This document shows, in pieces, positions 49,297 to 57,649 of a DNA stretch of 64,000 nt (its first letter is position 1; the number at the start of each line of letters is the position of its first letter). Where the stretch lies: the NCBI GenBank assembly GCA_050746125.1, contig JBOGKX010000142.1, positions 16,209 through 80,208 of the forward strand, read 5' to 3'. A program made the position numbers and the translations under genes. The notes below the pieces were generated by a model that ran no database searches, was not told where the DNA came from, and saw nothing but the letters and a program-made list of their open reading frames with translations. The DNA is from Terriglobales bacterium. GTDB lineage: Bacteria > Acidobacteriota > Terriglobia > Terriglobales > SCQP01.

Positions 49297-50040
49297 ATGC
49301 CAGGGATGACTTCCGTAGCCGTGGTCACTGGAGCCTCGTCGGGCATCGGGCGGGCCGCCGCGCAGCGGCTGCTGCGCGAAGGCTGGCACGTCGCCGCCTT
49401 GGCGCGGCGGGGCGAAAAGTTGCGCGACTTGGCCGCGTCCGCGCGCGGGCGGCTGCTCGCCTTGCCCGTGGACGCGGCGGATGAATCGCAACTGCGCGCG
49501 GCAGTGGCCGAAATACGCTCCTGGCGCGCCGGCGTGGATGCCGTGGTGGCCAGCGCCGGCGACTTTTTCGCGCGGCCCATCGCCACCACCACCAGCGCCG
49601 AGTTCGAGCGCATGTGGCGCCTCACGGTGCAGGCCAAATTCATGTTAGTGCGCGAGCTGCTGCCGCTTTTGGAGCTGGCCGGCGGGGCGCCGGGGCAGCC
49701 GGCGCCGCGCCGCGCCATCGTGCATGTGGCCTCGCTCGCCGCCCACCAGGACTTCGGCAATGAAAGCGCCTATGCCAGCGCCATGCACGGCGTAATCGGC
49801 TTGGCGCGCAGCCAAGATGCCGAGCTGCGCGGCAAGGGCATTCGCGTGGCGGTGGTCTCGCCTGGGCTGGTCCGCACGGAACTTACCGAGCGCAGCGGCT
49901 TCTCCGAGCGCGCACTTTCGCAAGCGTTGAGCCCCGATGCCATCGCGGCTTCCGTCCTTTACCTGATCGATACCGTCCGCGCCGGCGGCTACGTCCCCGA
50001 GATCTTCCACCTGCCCGGCGACCCGCGCGGCCCGGCCTGA
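49297..50040 (+). CDS. Short-chain dehydrogenase/reductase family protein (active-site Lys replaced by Met)
   Basis: VAVVTGASSGIGRAAA (TGxxxGxG) and HVASLAA (Ser). The expected YxxxK reads YASAMHGVIGL, with the Met codon ATG at 49783-49785. Confidence 0.8.
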   Translation: MPGMTSVAVVTGASSGIGRAAAQRLLREGWHVAALARRGEKLRDLAASARGRLLALPVDAADESQLRAAVAEIRSWRAGVDAVVASAGDFFARPIATTTSAEFERMWRLTVQAKFMLVRELLPLLELAGGAPGQPAPRRAIVHVASLAAHQDFGNESAYASAMHGVIGLARSQDAELRGKGIRVAVVSPGLVRTELTERSGFSERALSQALSPDAIAASVLYLIDTVRAGGYVPEIFHLPGDPRGPA

Positions 50041-50059
50041 GCGCGCCGGACGCCGCGGC

Positions 50060-52780
50060 TCAGGCGGTTTCCGCCGCCAGGGCGGCGAGGGCTTGGTCGA
50101 GCTTCTCCAGCTGCGCGGCGTAGTCGTCGCGCTTGCGCGCCTGCTCCTCGCGAATGTGCGGCGGCGCGCGCTCGGCAAAGCGCGGGTCGGCCAAGCGGGC
50201 GATGGTGGCCGCCAGGCGGGCCTGCGTCTCGTCCCGCTGCTTGGCCAGCCGGGCGCGCTCGGCGGCCGGATCGATGGACTGCCGCAGGTCGAGCTGCAAA
50301 TCGAAATGCGCGGTAGTGATGCGCGCGCCGCCGGCCTCGGCCAGCGGACCCAAGCTGGCCTCGACGCGGGCCAGATGGTTCACCAATGCCAAGTGAGAGG
50401 CAAGATCTTCGCCGTCCTGGCTGGTGCGCGGCGCCAGGCGCAGCGACAGCCGCGCGTTGGCCGGCACCTGGCTGGCGGCGCGCCGGGCGCGAACTTCGGT
50501 GACCGCTTCCTGCACCAAGGCGATTTGCCGCTCGGCGGCTTCATCGGAAAATTCCGCCCGGGGCCAGGTGGCCAAGCCCAATGTGGGCGCGGGCGGACGC
50601 TCGCCGGCCAGCGTCTGCCATAGCTCTTCGCTGAGGAAAGGCATGAACGGATGCAGCAGGCGCAACACCGCGTCGAACGCGGCGACGAGGTTGGCGGCGG
50701 CCAGCGCCGCCATGGCCCGGTCGGAAGCATTGAGGCGAGGCTTCAGCAACTCGAGATACCAGTCGCAAAACTCATGCCAGAGGAAGTGATATAGGGCATC
50801 GGCTGCCTCGTGGAAGCGGAAATCGGCCAGGCTCTCTTCGATCCGCCGCGCCACGGCGTTCAGACGGGAGAAAAGCCACCGGTCCATGACCTCGCCCCCT
50901 TGCGGGCGCATCGCCGCCTCCGCCGCCGGCGGACGCGGCTCCCAGGACGCTTGCGCGGCGGCCCGCTCCAAGCTCATGAAGATGAACCGCGCGGCGTTCC
51001 AAATCTTGTTGGCGAACGCCTGGTAGCCCTCCAGCCGGCCTTCCGCCAGGGCGATGTCGCCGCCCGGCACGGCCATGGCGATCAGCGTGAAGCGCACCGC
51101 GTCGGTGCCGTAGCGGGCAATGATCTCGAGCGGATCGACGACGTTGCCCTTCGTCTTCGACATCTTTTGCCGCTCGGCGTCGCGCACCAAGCCATGAATA
51201 TGCACCTGGCGGAAGGGCACGCTGGCCGCCAACGAGAGTCCATCGCGGCGGCGGAAGTGGACGCCCATCATGATCATGCGCGCCACCCAAAAGAACAAAA
51301 TGTCGAAGCCCGTGATGAGCAAGCTGGTGGGATAGAACGTTGCCAGGTCCGCCGTCGCTTCCGGCCAGCCCAGGGTCGAGAAAGGCCACAGCGCCGAGCT
51401 GAACCAGGTATCGAGCACGTCAGGGTCGCGCTCCAGCGCGCCGCCGCAATCCGGACAGGCGGTCGGATCGTCGCGCCCCACTAGGACCCGCCCACAGCCG
51501 CGACCGGCATCGCGACCACGACAATACCAGGCGGGAATGCGGTGTCCCCACCACAGCTGGCGCGAAATACACCAGTCGTGAATATTCGCCATCCAGTCGA
51601 GATAAATACGCCGATAGGAATCAGGATTGAAGGTAATATGCCCTTCCGCCACCGCCCGCACCGCTTCGTCCGCGAGCGGCGCGATCTTCACGAACCACTG
51701 CGCGGAGAGATGCGGCTCGACCACCGTGCGGCAGCGCTGACAGCGGCCCAGCGCCATGGGATGCTCGGCGGCGCCGCGCGACAGCCCGGCCGCCTCGAGG
51801 TCCGCGAGGATGCGCTCGCGGGCCGCGAAACGGTCAAGGCCGGCATAAGCGCCGGCGGCCGCGGTCATGGCGCCGCCTTCGTCGATCACCTCTATCTGCG
51901 GCAAGCCATGGCGCTCGCCGGCGGCGAAGTCGTTGGCGTCGTGCGCCGGCGTCACTTTCACCGCGCCGGTGCCGAACTCCGGACGCGCCAACTCATCGGC
52001 GATGACGGGGATCATGCGGCCGGCCAGCGGCAGCCGCACTTGGCGCCCGATGGCGCCGCGATAGCGCTCGTCGCCGGGGTTCACGGCCACCGCCACGTCG
52101 CCGAGCATGGTCTCGGGGCGGGTCGTATCCACGTCCAGGCCGTAGCTGGGGTCGTCGGCGAAGGGATAGCGAATGCGATACAGCTGGCCGACGGTTTCCT
52201 CGTGAACCACTTCCAGATCGCTGAGTGCCGTGCGACAACGCGGGCACCAGTTCACCAGATAGCGGCCACGATAGATCAGCCCCTCCTCGTATAGAGATAC
52301 AAATACCTCACGCACGGCGCGCGAGAGGCCGGCGTCGAGCGTAAATCTTTCCCGCGACCAGTCGCACGAATCCCCCAAGCGCACCATGGCCCGCCGTATG
52401 GCGCCGCCGCTCCGCTCCTTCCATTCCCACACTTTCGCGACGAAGGCTTCGCGGCCCAATTGACGCCGGTCGAGGCCTTGCTTGGCCAGTTCCCGCTCGA
52501 CCACCAACTGCGTGGCGATGCCGGCATGATCGGTGCCGGGCAGCCACAGCGTGTTGTCGCCGCTCATCCGCCGCCAACGCACCACGGCGTCGATCTGGGC
52601 ATGCTCGAGCATGTGGCCGAGGTGGAGCGATCCGGTGACGTTGGGTGGGGGAATCACCAGCGACCAACTGGGGCGCTCGCTGTCGGTGCGGGCGTGAAAC
52701 CAGTCGCTTTCGGCCCAGCGCTGTGCCCAGCGCGGCTCGATGCGCGACGGATCATAGATTTTTTCAAGGGGGAGAAACAT
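50060..52780 (-). CDS. valS: Valine--tRNA ligase
   Basis: ATG 52780 gives MFLPLEKIYDPSRIEPRWAQRW. PPPNVTGSLHLGHML (HIGH), KMSKTKGN (KMSKS), an editing domain, and a C-terminal coiled coil. Confidence 0.93.
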   Translation of the reverse strand: MFLPLEKIYDPSRIEPRWAQRWAESDWFHARTDSERPSWSLVIPPPNVTGSLHLGHMLEHAQIDAVVRWRRMSGDNTLWLPGTDHAGIATQLVVERELAKQGLDRRQLGREAFVAKVWEWKERSGGAIRRAMVRLGDSCDWSRERFTLDAGLSRAVREVFVSLYEEGLIYRGRYLVNWCPRCRTALSDLEVVHEETVGQLYRIRYPFADDPSYGLDVDTTRPETMLGDVAVAVNPGDERYRGAIGRQVRLPLAGRMIPVIADELARPEFGTGAVKVTPAHDANDFAAGERHGLPQIEVIDEGGAMTAAAGAYAGLDRFAARERILADLEAAGLSRGAAEHPMALGRCQRCRTVVEPHLSAQWFVKIAPLADEAVRAVAEGHITFNPDSYRRIYLDWMANIHDWCISRQLWWGHRIPAWYCRGRDAGRGCGRVLVGRDDPTACPDCGGALERDPDVLDTWFSSALWPFSTLGWPEATADLATFYPTSLLITGFDILFFWVARMIMMGVHFRRRDGLSLAASVPFRQVHIHGLVRDAERQKMSKTKGNVVDPLEIIARYGTDAVRFTLIAMAVPGGDIALAEGRLEGYQAFANKIWNAARFIFMSLERAAAQASWEPRPPAAEAAMRPQGGEVMDRWLFSRLNAVARRIEESLADFRFHEAADALYHFLWHEFCDWYLELLKPRLNASDRAMAALAAANLVAAFDAVLRLLHPFMPFLSEELWQTLAGERPPAPTLGLATWPRAEFSDEAAERQIALVQEAVTEVRARRAASQVPANARLSLRLAPRTSQDGEDLASHLALVNHLARVEASLGPLAEAGGARITTAHFDLQLDLRQSIDPAAERARLAKQRDETQARLAATIARLADPRFAERAPPHIREEQARKRDDYAAQLEKLDQALAALAAETA

Positions 52781-52840
52781 GCCTGCGGCGCGCGGGCGGA
52801 TGCCGCGCAAGCCAAACTCAAATTTTAACGGGAACGGACG

Positions 52841-53845
52841 TTACTCTAGCGCTTCGAGCCGGCGCGCGAGCTGATCCTTGACCTCGTCGGCTAGCATCGG
52901 CGCCAGATATTGGCCAAGCACCTCGTCGATGGCCGCCAACGCGGCGGCCAAGTCGACGCGCGGCGGCCCCGAGACGGGGGGCGGTTCGACAATGGCTTCC
53001 CGCAGGGCATCCAGCAGCAGATCGTCGCCGCCGGGTGCGGCGGGCAGCGCCTCGGCGGGACTCTCCGCCGGGGCTTCGGCGGAAATGGCTGCCGGCACGT
53101 GAACTTCCGGGGCGGGCTCCGTCGCCGGTTCGCTGTGAGCGGGCGCCGCGGCACCGGCCTCGGGCTCGCCCCAACTGCTGCTGGGCCAATGCCAGGAGGG
53201 CGCGGGCGCCGCCACATCGGCCGGTGTTGCGGCGGCAGCGTCGGTGGCTTCGGCGGCCGGCAAAATCTCGAGTTCTTCGACTTGCCACCGCGGCTTGGCC
53301 GGCGGCTTCGGCGCGGGCGCCGCTTCACTGGCGGCTTCGCTCGGCTGCTGTGGCGCCTTCTCCGCCTCGCCGCCAGCCTCCCCGCCGGTGCTCGCGGGTT
53401 GCTCAGCCTCCGCCTGCGCTTCCACCGTGGGCTCGACTTCTTCCACGCCGCGTGGCGCCGTGGGCAGGTCCTTGCCCGCCTTCTTCAGCAACTCGCCTAT
53501 CGCCTTCTCCAAGGCGGACGGTATGAACGGCTTCTGAATGACCGCGTCCGCGCCCGCTTGGCGCCCTTCTTCGGCATCATAGAGTTCGAAAGCGGCCAAC
53601 GCCAGCAACACGGGCGTGGCCGCCCATTGCGGCTGCCGTTTGATCCGCTGGCAAACCTCCAGGCCGGTAAGACCCGGCATCGAAGTGTCGGCGATGAGTA
53701 AATCCGGCGGCTCTTCTTCAAAGCGCTTTAGCGCCGCCGAGCCATTGCTGACGGTCGCCACCTCGTAGCCGAGCTCCACCAGGATGCGGCTGCCATCGCG
53801 CTGCGCGTGCGGACTATCGTCTGCCAAGAGTATCTTTACGCCCAC
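52841..53845 (-). CDS. Response-regulator receiver domain protein with long Ala/Pro/Glu-rich low-complexity region and short conserved-looking C-terminal helix
   Basis: GTG 53845 gives VGVKILLADDSPHAQRDGSRILVELGYEVATVSNGSAALKRFEEEPPDLLIADTSMPGLTGLE...VIQKPF (canonical DD/D/K). About 150 aa rich in A, P and E follow. The protein ends in LLLDALREAIVE...AALAAIDEVLGQYLAPMLADEVKDQLARRLEALE. The start is uncertain (track 53914). Confidence 0.75.
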   Translation of the reverse strand: MGVKILLADDSPHAQRDGSRILVELGYEVATVSNGSAALKRFEEEPPDLLIADTSMPGLTGLEVCQRIKRQPQWAATPVLLALAAFELYDAEEGRQAGADAVIQKPFIPSALEKAIGELLKKAGKDLPTAPRGVEEVEPTVEAQAEAEQPASTGGEAGGEAEKAPQQPSEAASEAAPAPKPPAKPRWQVEELEILPAAEATDAAAATPADVAAPAPSWHWPSSSWGEPEAGAAAPAHSEPATEPAPEVHVPAAISAEAPAESPAEALPAAPGGDDLLLDALREAIVEPPPVSGPPRVDLAAALAAIDEVLGQYLAPMLADEVKDQLARRLEALE

Positions 53846-54023
53846 GACTCCTGCCCTTTCGTGAAACCCGTGTGCCTGAAAGGTAACGGTTTCCGCGCCT
53901 GTAATCAAGACCATCCGAATCGGCGCTAGTGCCGCCGGAATTTCGCGTACGAGCGTACAGGTGGCCCCCGGCCGGCGGGTTGCCCGCTCGACAAGCTCGC
54001 ACGCGTTATCTCAGAATCAAAAG

Positions 54024-55451
54024 ATGAACGCCAGCGCGGAAAACGACACGATCGTCGCGGTGGCGACCCCGCCGGGGCGCGGCGGGCTGGGGATTGTGCG
54101 GCTTTCGGGAGCGGAAGCGGCGGCCATCGCGCGCGCCATCTTGTCCGACCCGCCCGGCGCCGCGGGCCAGCGCGAGTGGACTCCCCGCCGGGTCCGGCGC
54201 ATGCTCTTTCTCGATCCGGAGATGCCGCCGCAGGCGGCGGTGGCGCTCGAGGAAGCGCTCGTGACCTACTTCGCCGCCCCGCACTCCTATTCTGGCGAAG
54301 ACGTCGTCGAGATCGCTGCCCATGGCTCGCCGCCGCTGCTGGCCGCGCTGCTCGAAGCGGCGCGCCGCCGCGGCGCGCGCCTGGCCGAGGCCGGCGAATT
54401 CACCCGCCGCGCCTTCTTGCACGGACGCCTCGATCTTACCCAGGCCGAAGCGGTGCGGGATTTGATCGCCGCTCAAACACTGCTGCAAGCGCGCGCCGCC
54501 GCGCGCCAGCTTCAGGGCGCGGTGGCTGCCGGATTGGCCCCGCTCAAGCGCCAACTCCTCGAGTTCATCGCCCGCCTCGAGGCGGGCATCGATTTCGCCG
54601 ATGACGACGTCACGGTGATGGGCGCCGCGGCGCTGGCCGATGCTCTCGCCGCTCTCCATCGCGCCGGCGCCACCGCCCTCGAGGATTTTCAGCGCGGGCG
54701 ACTGGTGCGCGAAGGCCTGGCGCTCGCCATCCTGGGTCGGCCGAACGTCGGCAAGTCAAGCCTGTTCAATCGCCTGCTGGGCAGCGATCGAGCCATCGTG
54801 ACGGCCTCGCCCGGCACTACGCGTGACTTGGTGGCAGAGACCTGCGATCTCGATGGAATTCCATTCCGCCTCGTGGACACGGCCGGAATTCGCAATGGGC
54901 AAGGAGAAGCGGAGCGGCTGGGCATCGCCAAAAGCTGGGAGGCGGGAGCGGAAGCCGATGTCGTCCTCGCCGTCTTTGATGGCTCGAGTGCCCTGCTGGC
55001 CGAGGATACAGCTCTTTTGGCACGACTGGCCGCTTGGCCCTGCCTGCTGCCCGTGCTCAATAAGTGCGATTTGCCACGTCGCCTCGACCTGGGGCAACTT
55101 ACCGCCGCCATCGCCGCGTCGGGTCGGGAGTTGCCAACCGAGCCGGCGCGGGAGGTCTCGGCGCTCACTGGCGCCGGTCTTGCCGACTTGCGCCGGCAAA
55201 TACGCAGTGCCGTGCTGCCGGCGGCCGCCGAAGAGGGCGCGTGGCTCACCAACGCCCGGCACGCCGACCGGCTGCAAGCCTTTCTCGTAGCCGTCGCGGA
55301 CGCCCAAGCCAGCCATGCCAACGCCATGCCCCATGAGGCCTTGCTCGTGGACCTGCATCGTGGGCGGCGCGAACTGGATGCGATTACCGGCCAAACCGAC
55401 ATCGAAGATATACTGGGAATGATCTTCTCGACCTTTTGTGTCGGGAAGTGA
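54024..55451 (+). CDS. mnmE: tRNA modification GTPase MnmE
   Basis: ATG 54024 gives MNASAENDTIVAVATPPGRGGLGIVRLSG. G domain GRPNVGKSSLFNRL and DTAGIR. The C-terminal end is FCVGK (CxGK motif). Confidence 0.92.
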   Translation: MNASAENDTIVAVATPPGRGGLGIVRLSGAEAAAIARAILSDPPGAAGQREWTPRRVRRMLFLDPEMPPQAAVALEEALVTYFAAPHSYSGEDVVEIAAHGSPPLLAALLEAARRRGARLAEAGEFTRRAFLHGRLDLTQAEAVRDLIAAQTLLQARAAARQLQGAVAAGLAPLKRQLLEFIARLEAGIDFADDDVTVMGAAALADALAALHRAGATALEDFQRGRLVREGLALAILGRPNVGKSSLFNRLLGSDRAIVTASPGTTRDLVAETCDLDGIPFRLVDTAGIRNGQGEAERLGIAKSWEAGAEADVVLAVFDGSSALLAEDTALLARLAAWPCLLPVLNKCDLPRRLDLGQLTAAIAASGRELPTEPAREVSALTGAGLADLRRQIRSAVLPAAAEEGAWLTNARHADRLQAFLVAVADAQASHANAMPHEALLVDLHRGRRELDAITGQTDIEDILGMIFSTFCVGK

Positions 55452-55555
55452 CGCTCGGCCCTTCGGATCGGAATGACGTGGGAGATGTTTCCGTTGTGGT
55501 CCGCCGCGGCAGAGAAAGTAACCGCCGTTCCCGCCCCGGCGTCCCATGAAGTGAG

Positions 55556-56530
55556 GTGATCATGGCTTGCCTGCCGCATCCGCTGCGCCCGCTGCCGATC
55601 TTGCTGTGCCTGCTGGCTTTGTCGGCGACCCTCAGCCCGCAACAAGTCAACCCTCGCAAGCTCAAGCCGGAAGACGACGTGTATCTGATCGGCGACCGCA
55701 AGGTGGGCAGCGGTATCGATTTCTACTCCCAAAAAAAGGAGATCGCACTAGGGCAGGAGCTGGCGCGCCAGGTCGAGGAGAATAGCGTCGTCATCAAGGA
55801 TCCGGAGGTGAATGAGTACGTCAACCGACTGGCGCAAAACCTGGTGCGCAACTCCGATGCCAAGGTTCCCTTCACGGTTCGAGTTCTGCGCGACGATTCC
55901 ATCAACGCCTTCGCCCTGCCAGGCGGTTATTTCTTCGTCAATTCCGGTCTCATCCTTGGCTTGAACGAAGAAGACGAACTGGCCGGTGCCATGGCTCATG
56001 AGATCGCCCATGTGGCCGCCCGCCACGCCACCCGCAATATGACCAAGGGGGAGTTGCTGTCGCTCGCCGCCATTCCCGTCGAGATCGCCGCCGGACCGGG
56101 GCTGGGCGGCTTGGGCGTGGCGGAAGCCGCCGACCTGATCGTACCCATGAAATACATGTCGTTCACCCGCGGCGCGGAGCGAGAAGCCGACTGGCTGGGC
56201 GTGCAATACCTCTGGAAGGCGGGCTACGATCCCATGGGCATGGTGCGGGCCTTTCAGGTACTCGAAGAACTGGATAAGAAACGGCCTGGTCTTTTTGATC
56301 GTGCCTTTGCCAGTCATCCGCAAACCCCCGATCGCGTGGCCGCCAGCGAGCGGGAAATTGCGACGATTTTGCCGCCGCGTCCCGAGTATGTGGTGAATAC
56401 CAGCGATTTCAATCGTGTCAAATTGCGCCTCGCCAAGTTGATCGAAGGAGCGAAGGTCAAGGCCCCCGGAGCGAACCGACCGCCAGCCCCGCCGGGCCCG
56501 CCCGTAATCACGCGCACCCCCAATCCATAG
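55556..56530 (+). CDS. Secreted M48-family zinc metallopeptidase (BepA/YfgC-like, peptidase domain only)
   Basis: Signal-like MACLPHPLRPLPILLCLLALSATLSPQ, then INAFALPGGYFFVNSGL and the HEXXH motif AMAHEIAHVAARH. The start is 55556 or ATG 55562. Confidence 0.85.
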   Translation: MIMACLPHPLRPLPILLCLLALSATLSPQQVNPRKLKPEDDVYLIGDRKVGSGIDFYSQKKEIALGQELARQVEENSVVIKDPEVNEYVNRLAQNLVRNSDAKVPFTVRVLRDDSINAFALPGGYFFVNSGLILGLNEEDELAGAMAHEIAHVAARHATRNMTKGELLSLAAIPVEIAAGPGLGGLGVAEAADLIVPMKYMSFTRGAEREADWLGVQYLWKAGYDPMGMVRAFQVLEELDKKRPGLFDRAFASHPQTPDRVAASEREIATILPPRPEYVVNTSDFNRVKLRLAKLIEGAKVKAPGANRPPAPPGPPVITRTPNP

Positions 56531-56557
56531 CCATTGGTTCGGCCGCGCCGGTTACGG

Positions 56558-56585
56558 TTGACAGGAAAGGGGAAGTGACTACAAT
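56558..56585 (+). promoter_or_regulatory. Near-consensus sigma70-type promoter TTGACA-N16-TACAAT
   Basis: ggTTGACAggaaaggggaagtgacTACAATaactcc lies in the intergenic space after the M48 gene. A 6/6 -35 and 5/6 -10 in a GC-rich genome is unlikely by chance. The predicted TSS is near 56592. Confidence 0.55.
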
Positions 56586-56619
56586 AACTCCACCTCCGCT
56601 TGCCGCGAGGGTCGAGGCA

Positions 56620-56940
56620 TTGGCATGCCGTCGCGCTCTACCGCCGGGTTCGAACCTCCTCCTGCTTGTCCGCACGCACGTGTACAAGTGGTCGCCCGGC
56701 AGCAAGGGAGAGAGTATTTTGAATGTCTGGATTGTCGCTCAATCCTGGAACCCGACGATCTGGAACGGAGTCCCGAACTGGAAGAGCCGGAAGAATAAAA
56801 CTCCCCTGCCTAAACCGTGCATGAGTGCCGCGCGTGCCAGAATACTCCGATGCGGGACTGCCGAGGGGGTTTCGCAATCCATTTGGGTGCGACGCGCGTC
56901 TAATAAGAAGTCTTGCATCGTTCGAGGTATATATCCGTGA
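56620..56940 (+). CDS. Candidate small basic Trp/Cys-rich protein of atypical composition (may instead be non-coding)
   Basis: The first in-frame start after the predicted TSS is TTG 56620, with GAGGG about 9 nt upstream. By my hand count about 65 percent of codons end in G/C, against a visibly lower overall GC for the region, which is weak coding-like GC3 skew. The stop overlaps the next ORF's GTG (GTGA). I recognised no homology, and an antisense 108-aa ORF also spans the region. Confidence 0.3.
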   Translation: MACRRALPPGSNLLLLVRTHVYKWSPGSKGESILNVWIVAQSWNPTIWNGVPNWKSRKNKTPLPKPCMSAARARILRCGTAEGVSQSIWVRRASNKKSCIVRGIYP

Positions 56941-57176
56941 ACACCGCTCAGCTTCAAAAGTCACTCGATGAACTACGCCGCGAGCAAGCGCGACTCAATG
57001 AGGCCGTGCGCACGCTCGAGGAATTGGTCAGCGGCACCAAGAGCAATCGCCTGAGCCCGGAGGGCCGGGCCCGCATCTCCGAGGCCGCAAAGCGGCGCTG
57101 GGAAGAGCATCGCCGCCAAGCCGCCGCCAAGTCCGCCGGTCGCGCCCGCCATGCCCCCTCCCATCGTGCCGCTTAG
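56937..57176 (+). CDS. Small coiled-coil/basic hypothetical protein (79 aa)
   Basis: GTG 56937 with GAGG 10 nt upstream gives VNTAQLQKSLDELRREQARLNEAVRTLEELVSG...RISEAAKRRWEEHRRQAAAK. Host-like high GC3. The track gives an alternative TTG at 56913. Confidence 0.5.
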   Translation: MNTAQLQKSLDELRREQARLNEAVRTLEELVSGTKSNRLSPEGRARISEAAKRRWEEHRRQAAAKSAGRARHAPSHRAA

Positions 57177-57195
57177 CCGGCCGCGGACGGGCAGC

Positions 57196-57591
57196 TCAGC
57201 GCGCCACGTGACGCGCTCGCGGTGACGGCCCGGCAGCCGGCGCCAGGCGATGCACGATCAGGTGGACCTTGGCCGCCGCGTATTGCTGCGGGGTTAAGAA
57301 GTGACGGCGGAGTAGATCGCGCTTGGCCCGCCAGGGACGTGCTGCGATGATGCGTTCGGCCAGGCCCAAGTTTAGCCCAGGAACGCCGGCCAGCTGCTTA
57401 GCGCTCGCCCGATTCAGATCAAAAGGGGCCGGCCGCCGCATGCCCGCGATGGCCTTGGGCGGCGGGTCGCCGCCCGTAGCGAGCAGGGTCGAATCCGGCA
57501 GACGATACGCGAATACTTGCTTCGGTCGCGCCTGGCAGGCCAAGCTGCCCGCCAAGTACAGACCCATCATCGCCATTCGAAAGGCGCGCAT
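57196..57591 (-). CDS. ComEA-like helix-hairpin-helix DNA-binding protein (exported)
   Basis: 131 aa. N-terminal hydrophobic MRAFRMAMMGLYLAGSLAC. HhH motif DLNRASAKQLAGVPGLNLGLAERIIAAR. Confidence 0.65.
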   Translation of the reverse strand: MRAFRMAMMGLYLAGSLACQARPKQVFAYRLPDSTLLATGGDPPPKAIAGMRRPAPFDLNRASAKQLAGVPGLNLGLAERIIAARPWRAKRDLLRRHFLTPQQYAAAKVHLIVHRLAPAAGPSPRARHVAR

Positions 57592-57649
57592 GCCTCCAGG
57601 CTCGGCTGTTGATGTTCACCTCGCAACCTACCCAAATTGGGGGGCTCGC

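Noticed and set aside
53050-53500. Apparent repeats in the Ala/Pro/Glu-rich part of the response-regulator gene
   Set aside because: This is low-complexity compositional bias (GCC/GCG/CCG/GAG-rich) without a definable tandem repeat unit. It is not a CRISPR, VNTR or collagen-like periodic repeat.
55732-55738. A AAA AAG heptamer (the E. coli dnaX-type -1 frameshift signal) in frame within the M48 peptidase gene
   Set aside because: It lies at codon ~59, inside the mature N-terminal region. I saw no obvious downstream stimulatory hairpin or upstream SD-like element. The -1 product would be a ~75-aa fragment of no evident use. Other A7 runs occur in ordinary genes here (hppD, the S9 peptidase). 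Most likely this is just coincidental Lys-Lys coding.
56647-56656. GGTTCGAACC resembling a tRNA T-loop
   Set aside because: It is a perfect 10-bp palindrome containing the TTCGAA site. No flanking T-stem, acceptor stem, D-arm or anticodon arm could be built on either strand.
56590-56940. Possibility that the atypical segment is tmRNA, RNase P RNA or 6S RNA
   Set aside because: - tmRNA: there is no GGGG…UUCGAC 5' end, no tRNA-like 3' end (T-arm plus CCA context), and no tag ORF ending in hydrophobic-AA plus UAA on either strand. The UUGCGAAACCC similarity to E. coli tmRNA is on the strand opposite the promoter and is isolated.
- RNase P: the GGAAAGUCCGG and ACAGAACCCGGCUUA conserved regions are absent.
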